From the NCBI GenBank assembly GCA_963772835.1, contig CAVYYZ010000002.1, forward strand, positions 448,001 through 512,000: 64,000 nucleotides of DNA, written 5' to 3'. The stretch comes from an uncultured delta proteobacterium (GTDB lineage: Bacteria > Desulfobacterota > Desulfuromonadia > Geobacterales > Pseudopelobacteraceae). Below, one piece after another: positions 8,512-18,749 of this stretch. The notes under the pieces were generated by a model, which searched no databases, was not told the origin of the DNA, and saw only the letters and a program-made list of their open reading frames with translations. The first letter of the stretch is position 1. Each line of letters begins with the position of its first letter. The position numbers were made by a program, and so were the translations under genes.

Positions 8512-10509
8512 TTACAGCGCTTCGATCATGGCAATTACTTGTTCATCGGTATATCCATCAAGCTCCACGCTCTTCGACGGACAGGTGGCCTGGCATGTGC
8601 CGCAGCCGGCGCAGACGCCCGGGTTGACGAAGGCAACGGTCTTGATCAGGTTCCCCTGGCGGTCCCGGATTTCTTTTTCTTCAACGGCTCCGTAGGCACA
8701 GACCTTTTTACAGGCGAAGCAACCGACACAACCCGATTCCTTGACCCGCGCGACGATCGGTTCCCGCTCGAGCTGGTCTTTGGAGAAGAGGGTCATGACT
8801 TTGGCGGCGGCGGCACTTGCCTGGGATACGGTCTCGGGGATGTCTTTGGGCCCCTGGCAGGCGCCGGCAAGGTAGATGCCGGCGGTGGCGCATTCTACCG
8901 GGCGCAGTTTGGCGTGGGCCTCGGAGTAGAAGTTGTATTTGTCATAGGAGATGCCGAGTTTCTGGGCGAGCAGTTCGGCACCTTTCTGCGGCTGGATGGC
9001 GGTGGCGAGGACGACCATGTCGGCTTCGATCTCGACCTGGACGCCGACGGCGATGTCGCTCCCCATGACGACGATTTTGTCACCTTTCTGGTAGAGTCGT
9101 GAGACCATGCCGCGGATGTAGACCGCTTCTTCTTCTTCGATGGAACGGCGCCAGAATTCGTCGTAGCTTTTGCCGGGGGTGCGGGCGTCCATGAAGAAGA
9201 CGTAGGCCTGGCCGTCGTGTACTTTATGGTGGTAGAGCATGGTGTGTTTGGCGGTGTACATGCAGCAGACTTTGGAGCAGTAGGAGATCCCTTTTTCTCT
9301 GGCTCTCGATCCGATGCACTGGATGAAGACGATTTGTTTCGGTTCCTTGCCGTCGGAGGGGCGCAGGATTTTGCCGCCGGTGGGGCCGGATGCTGATGCC
9401 AACCGCTCGAAGGTCATGCCGTCGATGACGTCGGGGATTTTGCCATGGCCGAATTCGCCGTACCCTTTGATGGGGGAGCCTTTGGGTTTTTCGTCGATGG
9501 TGTAGAGGTCGAAGCCGGTGGCGACGACGATGGCGCCGACCGCTTCGACAACCAGTTGGTCTTCCTGTTCGAAGTCGACGGCACCGGGGCCGCAGACTTT
9601 CTGGCAGACGCCGCATTTGCCGGTTTTGTACCAGGTGCAGTTGTCACGGTCGATGACCGGGGTGTTGGGGACCGCCTGCGGGAAGGGAACGTAGATGGCG
9701 GTGCGCAGGCCGATGTTCTGGTCGAATTTGTTGGGGATCTTTTTCTGCGGGCATTTGGTCATGCAGACGCCGCAGCCGGTGCACTTGTCTTCATCGACGG
9801 AGCGGGCTCGTTTCTTGATAGTGACCTGGAAGTTGCCGATATACCCTTCGACGAGTTCTATTTCAGAGTAGGTGTAGAGTTTGATTTTCGGGTGATTGGC
9901 GACGTCGACCATTTTTGGAGTCATGATGCATTGCGAACAGTCGAGGGTCGGGAAGGTTTCGGAGAGCTGGGCCATGTGTCCACCAATGGATGGTTCCCGC
10001 TCGACGAGGACGACTTCGTGACCGCAGTCGGCAATGTCGAGGGCGGCCTGTATCCCGGCGATGCCGCCGCCGATGACGAGTGACCGTTTGGTGACCGGTA
10101 CGGTGATGGTGGGGAGGACGCGGTTCTTTTTGACACGTTCGACCATCATACCGACGATTTCAACCGCTTTGACAGTGGCTTCCTCCCTGTTTTCATGGAC
10201 CCAGGAGCAGTGTTCGCGGATGTTGGCCATTTCGCAGAGGTAGGGGTTCAGGCCGGCGGCTTCGACGGCTTTGCGGAAGGTCTTTTCGTGCATGCGCGGG
10301 GAGCAGGCGGCAACGACTACATGGGTGAGTTTCTGCTCCTGGATCGCTTTTTTGAGCAGATTCTGACCCGGATCGGAGCACATGTATTTGTAGTCGGTGG
10401 AAAAAGAGACGCCGGGCATTCTGCCGACTTCCTCTGCCACCCGTTCGACGTCGACGGTCCGGGAGATGTTTTCGCCGCAATGGCAGATGAATACGCCTAT
10501 TCTGGACAT
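8512..10509 (-). CDS. hdrA: Heterodisulfide reductase subunit A (FAD, Fe-S)
   Basis: IGVFICHCG, AACSPR, NIREHCSWVH, GGGIAG, FPTLDC, QCIGSR, CSKVCCMY, GACQGPKDI. Confidence 0.96.
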   Translation of the reverse strand: MSRIGVFICHCGENISRTVDVERVAEEVGRMPGVSFSTDYKYMCSDPGQNLLKKAIQEQKLTHVVVAACSPRMHEKTFRKAVEAAGLNPYLCEMANIREHCSWVHENREEATVKAVEIVGMMVERVKKNRVLPTITVPVTKRSLVIGGGIAGIQAALDIADCGHEVVLVEREPSIGGHMAQLSETFPTLDCSQCIMTPKMVDVANHPKIKLYTYSEIELVEGYIGNFQVTIKKRARSVDEDKCTGCGVCMTKCPQKKIPNKFDQNIGLRTAIYVPFPQAVPNTPVIDRDNCTWYKTGKCGVCQKVCGPGAVDFEQEDQLVVEAVGAIVVATGFDLYTIDEKPKGSPIKGYGEFGHGKIPDVIDGMTFERLASASGPTGGKILRPSDGKEPKQIVFIQCIGSRAREKGISYCSKVCCMYTAKHTMLYHHKVHDGQAYVFFMDARTPGKSYDEFWRRSIEEEEAVYIRGMVSRLYQKGDKIVVMGSDIAVGVQVEIEADMVVLATAIQPQKGAELLAQKLGISYDKYNFYSEAHAKLRPVECATAGIYLAGACQGPKDIPETVSQASAAAAKVMTLFSKDQLEREPIVARVKESGCVGCFACKKVCAYGAVEEKEIRDRQGNLIKTVAFVNPGVCAGCGTCQATCPSKSVELDGYTDEQVIAMIEAL

Positions 10510-10510
10510 G

Positions 10511-11389
10511 CTACAGTAACCCCTTCTCTTTCAATAGCGGCGATGGGTTGACGATCATGGCGTCCAGCCCGAGTTTGTCTGCGCCCAACCCAACAGCCAG
10601 TCCGACCAGTTGCGTCAGGTAGAAGACCGGCAGGTTGTAGTCGGTTTTATAGACTCCTTCGATTTCTTTCTGGCGGATGTCCAGGTTGCCGTGGCAGAGG
10701 GGGCAGCCGACCATGATGCAGTCGGCGCCGGCGGCTTTGGCGGAGTCGAGGACTGCACCGGTGAGCTGGATGACGACGCCGGGGCGAGAGAGGGTGAAGT
10801 TTGCGCCGCAGCATTCCATACGGTGGGTCCAGGATACGGTGGTCGCGCCGACGGCTTCGATGACTTTTTCCATGATGGTGGGGGCTTCAACGCAGTCGAG
10901 GTTGGGGACGTCGGTGGGACGGGTCAGCAGACAGCCGTAGTAGCAGGCGACCTTGAGGCCGGCCAGCGGTTTGGTGACAGCAGCGGCGAGGCGCTCGAGT
11001 CCCAGGTCTTTGGCCAGTATTTCCAGGAGGTGTTTGACGCTGCCGTCCAGCTTGAGAGGGGCGTCAAGTGCCGTTTCGACCTGTTTCCGTTTGACCGGGC
11101 TTTCGCCTAAGACATGCTGGGCGGTCTTGAGGCGCGAGAAGCAGGCGGCACAGGCAACGGCGATGTCACCGTCGACTTTGTCGGCAAGTTCCAGGTTTTT
11201 GGCGCAGAGCGACAGCGACAGCAGTTCGTCGACGTTGTGCGCGGGGGTGGCGCCGCAGCAGAACCAGTCCGGTATCTCGGTGAGGCCGATGCCGAGGATT
11301 TTGAACAGTTCACGGGTTGAGAGGTCGTATTCACCGGCAGAAGCATGCAGCGAGCAGCCGGGATAATAGGAGTAGTTGAGTTCTTTCAT
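10511..11389 (-). CDS. hdrB: Heterodisulfide reductase subunit B
   Basis: Two CCG domains (YYPGC, WFCCG, YYGC, ECCG, CPLC). Confidence 0.95.
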   Translation of the reverse strand: MKELNYSYYPGCSLHASAGEYDLSTRELFKILGIGLTEIPDWFCCGATPAHNVDELLSLSLCAKNLELADKVDGDIAVACAACFSRLKTAQHVLGESPVKRKQVETALDAPLKLDGSVKHLLEILAKDLGLERLAAAVTKPLAGLKVACYYGCLLTRPTDVPNLDCVEAPTIMEKVIEAVGATTVSWTHRMECCGANFTLSRPGVVIQLTGAVLDSAKAAGADCIMVGCPLCHGNLDIRQKEIEGVYKTDYNLPVFYLTQLVGLAVGLGADKLGLDAMIVNPSPLLKEKGLL

Positions 11390-11413
11390 TGCGATGAGCC
11401 AAATCCTTTTTAT

Positions 11414-11475
11414 AATTTTGAATTTTGAATGCTGAATGTTGGATTGAAAGGCCTTTTAATTCAAAATCCAAAATT
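11414..11475. repeat. Heptamer-repeat palindromic element (AATTTTG units)
   Basis: AATTTTG AATTTTG AATGCTG AATGTTG then inverted AATTCAAAATCCAAAATT. Confidence 0.8.
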
Positions 11476-11479
11476 GTTT

Positions 11480-12064
11480 TTAAAGAGCTTCGCCTTTAGC
11501 GCGCATCGCTTCGATGCGGCTGAATATCTTTTCGATTTCTGGCATGTTCTTGTTCTTGCTGTGGAACATCTTCAGTTTGCCTTTGGCAAGCAGCTTGGGA
11601 CCGAGCATCAAATCTTTCAGGAACTGACCGGATTTGACGTTGAAGACAGCTGCAAGCCTCATCTCGTACTGGCGGCCGTAGGTGCGGATGTTCTGCAGGA
11701 AGAGTTTGTTAGCCAGCTGGACGTAGCTCTCCTTTGAGGCGCCTTCGGCGTCCCAGGAGAGTTTGCGCAGGGCGTCCATGATGGAGGCCAGGTGCACTTT
11801 ATTGGGGCAGCGGGTGGAACAGGTTTCGCACGAAGCGCAGTACCAGATGGAGCGGCCGGCCAGGATGCGCTGCCACTGGCCGAGCTGGAGAAGACGCACG
11901 ACCCGGTTGGGAGGATGTTCCATGAAAGTGGCCATGGGGCAGCCGGCGGAACATTTACCGCACTGGAAACAACGACGCACCGAGGTGCCGGACAGCGCCT
12001 CGACTTTGCGCACAAAGTCGACGTCCATCGTTGTCTGGGAGATGATCATTTTTTTCTTTTTCAC
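11480..12064 (-). CDS. hdrC: Heterodisulfide reductase subunit C
   Basis: CFQCGKCSAGCP, IWYCASCETCSTRCP. Confidence 0.94.
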   Translation of the reverse strand: MKKKKMIISQTTMDVDFVRKVEALSGTSVRRCFQCGKCSAGCPMATFMEHPPNRVVRLLQLGQWQRILAGRSIWYCASCETCSTRCPNKVHLASIMDALRKLSWDAEGASKESYVQLANKLFLQNIRTYGRQYEMRLAAVFNVKSGQFLKDLMLGPKLLAKGKLKMFHSKNKNMPEIEKIFSRIEAMRAKGEAL

Positions 12065-12366
12065 GGCGGCACCATTTAGTTAAAATAAAATTTAGCGGGT
12101 TCAAATTGACGACTTCATTGCAGTTTCTGTCTACTGCAAACCCATAGTAAGTCTTTTATTCTGACATTCTCTACACAAATGATATGGAAAATGCAAGCCA
12201 ATACTTGCGGCAAACACGTATTTAGTAAAAATCAAAAGCGGACAGACCAATATACCGGCAAGAGTACCGGATTGATTCGTTCTGAGAGGACACGTCGCCA
12301 TCAAGGGGCAAAAAAGGTCCATCCCCAAGAAGAGAAAATGGACCTGGATTTCAGATTGAAAATCCA

Positions 12367-12525
12367 TCAGTAGATAATTATATATCCATGCGCTTCCGCA
12401 ATTTTTCGGACCTCATCCCTATCAAGCAGCTGATATGTTTTTCCTTCGAGTGTAAAATGATACCCGCCCTGGCCATCCGGGATCGCATCACTCAGCAAAG
12501 ATTCAAATGTCGCCGTTTTAATCAT
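12367..12525 (-). CDS. Small hypothetical protein, 52 aa (MIKTATFESLL...HGYIIIY)
   Basis: 3' end of track ORF 12367..12957; ATG at 12525 has a GGGGAG RBS and follows the ltaE stop directly. Confidence 0.65.
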   Translation of the reverse strand: MIKTATFESLLSDAIPDGQGGYHFTLEGKTYQLLDRDEVRKIAEAHGYIIIY

Positions 12526-12547
12526 GCCACTTCTCCCCGTAGTATAA

Positions 12548-13648
12548 TCAGCTGGCAGAGATGGCCACATGGACCGCGGCAACCAGTTGAAGCACATCCT
12601 GCTCAGTTGTCTGCCACGAGCACATGAAACGCGCACCACCTGAACCGATGAAAGAGTAGAAGTGCCAACCGGCGGACCGGAGTGCTTCAGCTGCGGCTTC
12701 CGGCATTTCAACGAATACCGAGTTCGCCTGACGCGGATACATGATGCGGACACCGTTGATGCCTGCCAGATGTTGTTCCAACAAAGCCGCACATCGGTTG
12801 GCGTGCCCGGCATTCTTGAGCCAGATTCCGCTTTCGAGCATGCCGATCCATGGTGCAGATATAAAGCGCATCTTGGACGCCAGCTGTCCCGCCTGTTTAC
12901 AGCGATAATCGAATTCATGGGCCAGTTCAGCATTAAAGAAGACCACCGCCTCACCAACCGCCATACCGTTTTTCGCCCCCCCCAGGCAAAGCACGTCCAC
13001 CCCTGCCCTCCAGGTTATCTCCGCCGGTGCGACATCCAGCGAAACAACGGCGTTGGCAAAGCGGGCACCGTCCATATGCACCCGCATGCCATGGCCTCTG
13101 GCCAGTTCGCAGGCCGCTTTTATTTCTTCGGGAGTGTACACAGTGCCGACTTCAGTCGCCTGGGTCAGGCTCAATACCTTTGGGCGGGGATAATGAATAT
13201 CACTGCGGCGGGTTATGGTGCGTTCAACCTCTGCCAGGTCGAGTTTCCCGCCAGGACCGTTCACATGCAGCAGCTTGGTGCCGTTTGAGAAAAACTCCGG
13301 CGCTCCGCACTCGTCGGTTTCGACATGAGCCAGTTCATGACAGATCACACTATGGTAGGAACGGCACAGAGATGCCAATGCCAGCGAGTTGGCCGCAGTA
13401 CCGTTAAATACGAAGAAGACCTGGCAATCCGTCTCAAAAACCTCACGGAGGTGCGTGCAGGCACGTTCCGTCCAGAGATCATCTCCATAGGAAGAGACAA
13501 ATCCAACGTTGGCAGCCTGCATGGCCAGCCAGGCCTCCGGGCAGATCCCGGCATAATTATCGCTGGCAAACTGGTTGTATGTGCGATCCTGATTAGTCCC
13601 GTCCAATTCATTCTCCACGTCGTAATAAAAAGCAGACTGTATCTGCAA
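12548..13648 (-). CDS. ltaE: Low-specificity L-threonine aldolase (true start may be ~10 codons downstream)
   Basis: FASDN, NGTAAN, HMDGARFANA, PLP Lys in GGAKNG, SKMRF. Confidence 0.9.
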   Translation of the reverse strand: MQIQSAFYYDVENELDGTNQDRTYNQFASDNYAGICPEAWLAMQAANVGFVSSYGDDLWTERACTHLREVFETDCQVFFVFNGTAANSLALASLCRSYHSVICHELAHVETDECGAPEFFSNGTKLLHVNGPGGKLDLAEVERTITRRSDIHYPRPKVLSLTQATEVGTVYTPEEIKAACELARGHGMRVHMDGARFANAVVSLDVAPAEITWRAGVDVLCLGGAKNGMAVGEAVVFFNAELAHEFDYRCKQAGQLASKMRFISAPWIGMLESGIWLKNAGHANRCAALLEQHLAGINGVRIMYPRQANSVFVEMPEAAAEALRSAGWHFYSFIGSGGARFMCSWQTTEQDVLQLVAAVHVAISAS

Positions 13649-13704
13649 TTTAGCACCGGTCCTGTTATGATGCCAGAAATTTCCAATCGTTATGATGTCA
13701 GCTA

Positions 13705-13733
13705 TTGAATAGTGTTTGACAAATGGCTATGAT
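13705..13733 (+). promoter_or_regulatory. Putative sigma70 promoter of the L,D-transpeptidase gene
   Basis: TTGAAT-17 nt-TATGAT. Confidence 0.5.
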
Positions 13734-13769
13734 ACTTATCCACAATCTCGGAATGAAGGGCACTTCTGT

Positions 13770-14651
13770 ATGCGCTACAGCCGTATGCGGCTTTCTCACA
13801 AAATATTCCTTGTAACGCTGCTTACCGCAATTCTTGTCGTCTTCTCGGTACTGCGGTCGCCAACCCTCACGGATAATCCTGCCGCATCACCTGAAGACAA
13901 GGGGAGAGAGGATCTGTCGCGCGTAGAATACCCGAGCCTGGCAGGCATTAAATGGCATGCCAGATTCATAGAGCCGCAACAGTCTCTCGAATCACTATTC
14001 GGAAAAGACTGGATTCTGGTGGCCCGCTTTAACAGGGTTGATCGTCGGCACGTCTACCCCGGCATGACCATTAAAGCTCCTGACAACATGGCCGATATTC
14101 GCACCTACACGCCACTTCCGCTTTACTACCGGCCCGCTGCCCGACACGAGAAATATATACTGGTCGATGTAACCGAACAGTGGCTTGGCGCCTATGAACA
14201 GGGCAAACTGGTCTTTTCAACTCCCGCGGCAACCGGTAAAGCCACTACGGAAACCCCTGTCGGCATATTTCGCGTATCGACCCGTGACCGCAATCATACA
14301 TCGTCACTTTATAAAACGGCTGATGACGAAGAACAGTATCCGATGGACAACGCCCTCCGCTTCCATATCGGAACGGACAACGTCTCGTACTGGCTGCATG
14401 CCCGCGACCTCCCCGGAAGGCCTGCATCTCACGGTTGCATCGGGTTGTTTGACGAAGAGATGCAGTTGCGGGTTTTTGGCACGCCGCTCAAACCGGTGCT
14501 CCGCGATTCACAGAAACTGTACAATTGGGCTGCCGGGGAGGAAGAGTACGAAGATGACAGCGGAGGACCGGAGGAGTTGGAGGACGGACCGATTGTCGAA
14601 GTGCGTGGAAGCCTGCCCCGCTATCTGGACAGGCCTCCGTCACGCATATAA
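13770..14651 (+). CDS. L,D-transpeptidase (YkuD) family, N-terminal membrane anchor
   Basis: TPVGIF, WLHA...PASHGCIGL catalytic His/Cys; start moved past the putative promoter. Confidence 0.85.
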   Translation: MRYSRMRLSHKIFLVTLLTAILVVFSVLRSPTLTDNPAASPEDKGREDLSRVEYPSLAGIKWHARFIEPQQSLESLFGKDWILVARFNRVDRRHVYPGMTIKAPDNMADIRTYTPLPLYYRPAARHEKYILVDVTEQWLGAYEQGKLVFSTPAATGKATTETPVGIFRVSTRDRNHTSSLYKTADDEEQYPMDNALRFHIGTDNVSYWLHARDLPGRPASHGCIGLFDEEMQLRVFGTPLKPVLRDSQKLYNWAAGEEEYEDDSGGPEELEDGPIVEVRGSLPRYLDRPPSRI

Positions 14652-14802
14652 ACGCTGAAGCTGTTTGGGCAGTGAAATAGAGAACATCACTACAGAGTTT
14701 TTAAGCGCACCGGACCGATTGACTACCTCATTCAGCCTTTGAGCTTATTTCAAAAGCACCCCGATATTCTCTCCTGATTTCAGCGTTTCACCCTTTGCCA
14801 AC

Positions 14803-15777
14803 CTATCTCGAGAGCCATTTTGCAACCTCTTTGGCGTGGTAGGTTATGATAATATCAGCACCCGCCCGCTTGAAAGCGGTCATTGTTTCCATTACCACCC
14901 GTTCCTCATCTATCCACCCCCGCTCAGCAGCACCCTTGACCATGCTGTATTCGCCCGAGACATTGTAGACCGCAAGCGGCAGATCAAATTCGTTGCGCAG
15001 GTCACGCAGGATGTCGAGGTACGGCAGACCGGGCTTTACCATGATGATATCAGCACCTTCATCAATATCCGAAGCAGCCTCCCGCAGCGCTTCTCGACGG
15101 TTACCCGGATCCATCTGGTAGCTGCGTCGATCTCCGAACTGCGGCGTAGACTCAGCCGCTTCCCGAAATGGGCCGTAATAGCCGGAAGCGTATTTGACCG
15201 CGTAACTCATAATCGGGATCGCATCATAACCGTTTTCATCCAGTTTTTCGCGAATTGCACCAACCCGTCCATCCATCATGTCGGACGGAGCCACCATATC
15301 AGCTCCAGCCTGCACGTGTGAAAGAGCTTCGCGCGCCAGAAGATCAAGCGTGGAGTCATTATCAACATCCCCGTTCTTGATGATTCCGCAATGCCCGTGA
15401 TCGGTATATTCACACATGCAGACATCGGTAATTACCGCCAGACCCGGAACATTTTTTTTCAGCGCCCGGATCGTTTCCTGGATGATGCCGGTATCTGAAT
15501 AGGCATCACTGCCGACCGCATCCTTGGTCTCGGGAATGCCAAACAGCAGGACGGCCGGTATCCCGAGGTTCTGTACCTCTTGAGCCTCGGCGACGATATG
15601 TTCGATCGATTGCTGGTAGATTCCGGGCATCGAAGATATCTCTTTTCTGATGCCGCTGCCAAAAGCAGAAAACATCGGATATACAAGATCATTTACCGAA
15701 ACGGATGTTTCGCGAACCATTCGGCGAAACGTTTCACTTCCCCTGATTCTGCGGGCACGGAACTGTGGAAAAAACAT
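14803..15777 (-). CDS. hemB: Porphobilinogen synthase
   Basis: [32 protein letters not shown]. Confidence 0.97.
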   Translation of the reverse strand: MFFPQFRARRIRGSETFRRMVRETSVSVNDLVYPMFSAFGSGIRKEISSMPGIYQQSIEHIVAEAQEVQNLGIPAVLLFGIPETKDAVGSDAYSDTGIIQETIRALKKNVPGLAVITDVCMCEYTDHGHCGIIKNGDVDNDSTLDLLAREALSHVQAGADMVAPSDMMDGRVGAIREKLDENGYDAIPIMSYAVKYASGYYGPFREAAESTPQFGDRRSYQMDPGNRREALREAASDIDEGADIIMVKPGLPYLDILRDLRNEFDLPLAVYNVSGEYSMVKGAAERGWIDEERVVMETMTAFKRAGADIIITYHAKEVAKWLSR

Positions 15778-16002
15778 GGTGGGTCCTCCTTGATATTGTG
15801 CAGACGTACCACGTATGTAGCGACGATACGCCTGAAGAGAGTAATGCAGCCGGGAATTAAATGCAAGATTTTCTCCTGCTTGCAATATCCGTAAACAGTG
15901 GTACGCTTGCCGCTGAAAATAACACTATTTTCCGCTTGCTTCAAACAGGACATAAATGGTATTCAACAGACATTATTTATTTCGTTTAAGGGAGGAATGT
16001 GT

Positions 16003-17295
16003 ATGAGAAAAAAAATGATCCTCACACTTGCAGTAACCTTGATTGTTTCGACAACTGCCGCTTTCGGAGCAGTAAAGGAGAGCAGCTTTACGGTAACCCC
16101 GCTGATCGGTGGCTATGTTTTTGACGACGGCGAACCTCTTGGCACCTCGTTTTTAATGGGACTACGGGCCGGGTACAATTTTACCAAACATATCGGTATC
16201 GAAGCTGTGTATGACTACGCTACTCCCAAAGACGGCAAATCAGCATCGCTGGCCGATCTTTCAGTGAACCGTTTCGGCGGCCAGGTGCTGTACCACTTTT
16301 TTCCGGATAACGTCTTTGTTCCGTATCTGGCCGCCGGCTACTCGGGATTACATTATGGCGGCACCGGCTACGACAACAAAACCCACGGCGCCTTCGATTA
16401 CGGGGTGGGTGCCAAATATTTTATGACCGACGACATTGCCCTTCGGGGTGACCTCCGCCACATTATGTCACGATATCCTGCAGGACAGACAAACGATGAT
16501 TTTGAGTTTACGCTGGGAGCGTATTTCCAGTTCGGCGGAACGAAGCCGGCAATGAAAGCTGTTGCCCCGACCCCGGCGCCTGAACCTGTTCAGGCGGTTG
16601 CACCACCGGCACCGGCACCGGTTCAGGCCGTTGTCGCTCCAGTTGTTGTCCCTCCGGCGGATTCCGATGGTGACGGCGTAATTGACACGCTCGACAAATG
16701 CCCCGGGACACCGGCAGGTGTTGCCGTTGACGGCGATGGCTGCCCGCTTGACACCGATAAAGACGGTGTTGTCGATTACCTTGATAAATGCCCGAATACC
16801 CCTGTTGGTGTGCGAGTTGACGTCAAAGGGTGCCCGCTTGATTCAGATAACGATGGCGTTGCCGATTATCTCGACAAATGTCCCGGGACACCGGCCGGAG
16901 TCACTGTTGATGCAAAAGGATGCCCCGTAGAAGTCGCCAAAAAATTCTGCGACAAACCGGCTGTGATTGCTGTTTCATTTGACACCAACAAAGCAGACAT
17001 CAAAGCCAGATACCACGTTGAACTTGATACGTTAGGCAATTTCCTGAAAGAGTTCCCCAACTCAAAAGGAACCATTGAAGGACATACCGATGCTGATGGA
17101 AGTAAGGCCGCAAACCTGAAATTATCACAGAACCGTGCAGACAGCGTACGGAACTACATCATCACGAAATTCGGCATCGAAGCCAGTCGGCTTTCAGCCA
17201 AAGGATATGGCTCAGCCAAACCGGTAGCATCAAATAAAACCGCTGCCGGGAAAACAAAAAATCGCCGGATAGAAGCGATTTTCAGTTGCGAATAA
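16003..17295 (+). CDS. OmpA-family outer-membrane protein with beta-barrel, Pro linker and TSP3-like repeats
   Basis: GGAGG RBS, signal peptide, DxDGDGV..DKCP repeats, IEGHTD..NLKLSQNRA..NRRIE. Confidence 0.92.
   Translation: MRKKMILTLAVTLIVSTTAAFGAVKESSFTVTPLIGGYVFDDGEPLGTSFLMGLRAGYNFTKHIGIEAVYDYATPKDGKSASLADLSVNRFGGQVLYHFFPDNVFVPYLAAGYSGLHYGGTGYDNKTHGAFDYGVGAKYFMTDDIALRGDLRHIMSRYPAGQTNDDFEFTLGAYFQFGGTKPAMKAVAPTPAPEPVQAVAPPAPAPVQAVVAPVVVPPADSDGDGVIDTLDKCPGTPAGVAVDGDGCPLDTDKDGVVDYLDKCPNTPVGVRVDVKGCPLDSDNDGVADYLDKCPGTPAGVTVDAKGCPVEVAKKFCDKPAVIAVSFDTNKADIKARYHVELDTLGNFLKEFPNSKGTIEGHTDADGSKAANLKLSQNRADSVRNYIITKFGIEASRLSAKGYGSAKPVASNKTAAGKTKNRRIEAIFSCE
16660..16929 (+). repeat. Three tandem 90-nt (30-aa) TSP3-like repeats within the OmpA gene
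   Basis: Units begin at 16660, 16750 and 16840: D(S/T)DxDGVxDxLDKCPxTPxGVxVDxxGCP. Confidence 0.9.
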
Positions 17296-17317
17296 TAATA
17301 CAGTACTGATGGCAAAC

Positions 17318-17358
17318 AAAGAGGGCCCTTCCTGCGAAATCCGGAAGGGCCCTCTTTT
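17318..17358. terminator. Bidirectional intrinsic terminator
   Basis: AAAGAGGGCCCTTCC-loop-GGAAGGGCCCTCTTTT between convergent genes. Confidence 0.85.
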
Positions 17359-17378
17359 GTATGACGGCGCAGTGAAAC

Positions 17379-17723
17379 TTATTTTTTACGGCGGTCCTGC
17401 AGTGATATCACCTTGGGGGCCCCACCTTCCTGGCGAACCTTCTGCAGGCGCTCTTTCTCAGTTTTTTCATTCTCGACCCGTTCCAATTCAACCGGAGACT
17501 CGATCTCCTCCAAACGAAGCGGCGTGCCACCCATGGTGAAATCCGCTCCTTCAATCTGATTATCATCAAGAATCCAGGTAAAAACCTGCATCGGAAACGT
17601 AAGTACCAGCAATTTGACCTGCCACCAGCCAGGCTTGACGTCAGGGAGTATTTCCTCAACACGGGCGTAGAAACCCGGCTTATTGTCTACGTGAATAAGT
17701 ACCAGATCATGAATTGTCGCCAT
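17379..17723 (-). CDS. Hypothetical protein
   Basis: 114-aa ORF with protein-like composition (DVKPGWWQV, FTMGG); RBS GAAGG. Confidence 0.75.
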   Translation of the reverse strand: MATIHDLVLIHVDNKPGFYARVEEILPDVKPGWWQVKLLVLTFPMQVFTWILDDNQIEGADFTMGGTPLRLEEIESPVELERVENEKTEKERLQKVRQEGGAPKVISLQDRRKK

Positions 17724-17768
17724 TAATAGATGCCTTCATATCGTTAATTTTAGTTTGTTATCATCATC

Positions 17769-18272
17769 TTATTTTTCCGCCCAAAGCAGCAGCGGAGTTT
17801 CCATCTTCTCACCGGTCAATGCCGAAGCATCGAGGATAATTCCTCTCAGCACCTGCTCCAGGCCCGCAAGAAGCAATCTGGTCTCTGGAGACAGTTTTTG
17901 ATCAATAATACTGCAGATGAACAATATGCAGTCAGAAGGCCGCAATCCCGGCTCCATCGTACATCCGGCTTCACTTCCGTACGGACAGAGCGGTTTTTGA
18001 GAAAAATCTGCCTCCGTCGGCATTTCTGCCGAGATGCGGGCAAGGGTATCAAGCACACTGATCCGGTATTTTCCATTCTGACAACATTGTCCTCTACAGT
18101 CATTGCAGACCGAAGCAGCATCAACCTCTGCGACAACAGCGGCAAGGGCTTCCTTCGTCTTCCGATAGCGGGCCAGCAGCTCCGTTAACTCTGGTCTGTC
18201 TTTATCTGAAAGAGCAGCGAACAGAATATTGAGCTTCTCAGTACCGATATTCCACAGTTGATAATCGTCCAC
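17769..18272 (-). CDS. Cys-rich CxxCxxxCC protein (YkgJ-like, putative Fe-S/Zn)
   Basis: CNDCRGQCC, CPY...GC, RPSDCILFIC. Confidence 0.65.
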   Translation of the reverse strand: MDDYQLWNIGTEKLNILFAALSDKDRPELTELLARYRKTKEALAAVVAEVDAASVCNDCRGQCCQNGKYRISVLDTLARISAEMPTEADFSQKPLCPYGSEAGCTMEPGLRPSDCILFICSIIDQKLSPETRLLLAGLEQVLRGIILDASALTGEKMETPLLLWAEK

Positions 18273-18315
18273 ATAATTCCTGAAATACTCTTCCGGTGTT
18301 GATGTAGTATTGGTT

Positions 18316-18679
18316 GAAGCAGTCCGTAAGCCGGGTTCTGTTCCCGGGTCGGGTTACCCCTCCCCGGGCGATGGTCATTCATCTGGGTATGCCGTTACCG
18401 ACACCCTCAAGCAACCAACCCGGAGGCACGGGCGGGCCGCCCTTAACGCCTCCCTATTTGGTCTTGCTCCCGACGGGGTTTACCTGGCATCCGGCGTCAC
18501 CGCCGGACCCGGTGAGCTCTTACCTCACCCTTTCACCCTTACCTGCCGAAACAGGCGGACTTCTCTCTGTGGCACTTATCCCTGGGGTCACCCCCGCTGG
18601 ACGTTATCCAGCGTCGTACCCTATGGAGCCCGGACTTTCCTCCACCGGATAAACCGGCAGCGACCATCTGGACTACTCC
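18316..18679 (-). ncRNA. rnpB: RNase P RNA (class A)
   Basis: Minus strand has GAGGAAAGTCCGGGCTCC, AGTGCCACAGA and 3' CAGAACCCGGCTTA. Confidence 0.97.
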
Positions 18680-18749
18680 AACCAAATCAGCGGCACTGCA
18701 AAACTACAATCGCTCGGTTTCTACAGTGCCATATTCAAACATGGCCCTA

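Noticed and set aside
7871..10509. Selenocysteine forms of HdrA or MvhD
   Set aside because: Both frames are uninterrupted and have Cys codons at the motif positions
12131..12373. Short ORFs upstream of hdrC (78 aa minus, 64 aa plus)
   Set aside because: No convincing RBS or motif; probably promoter region
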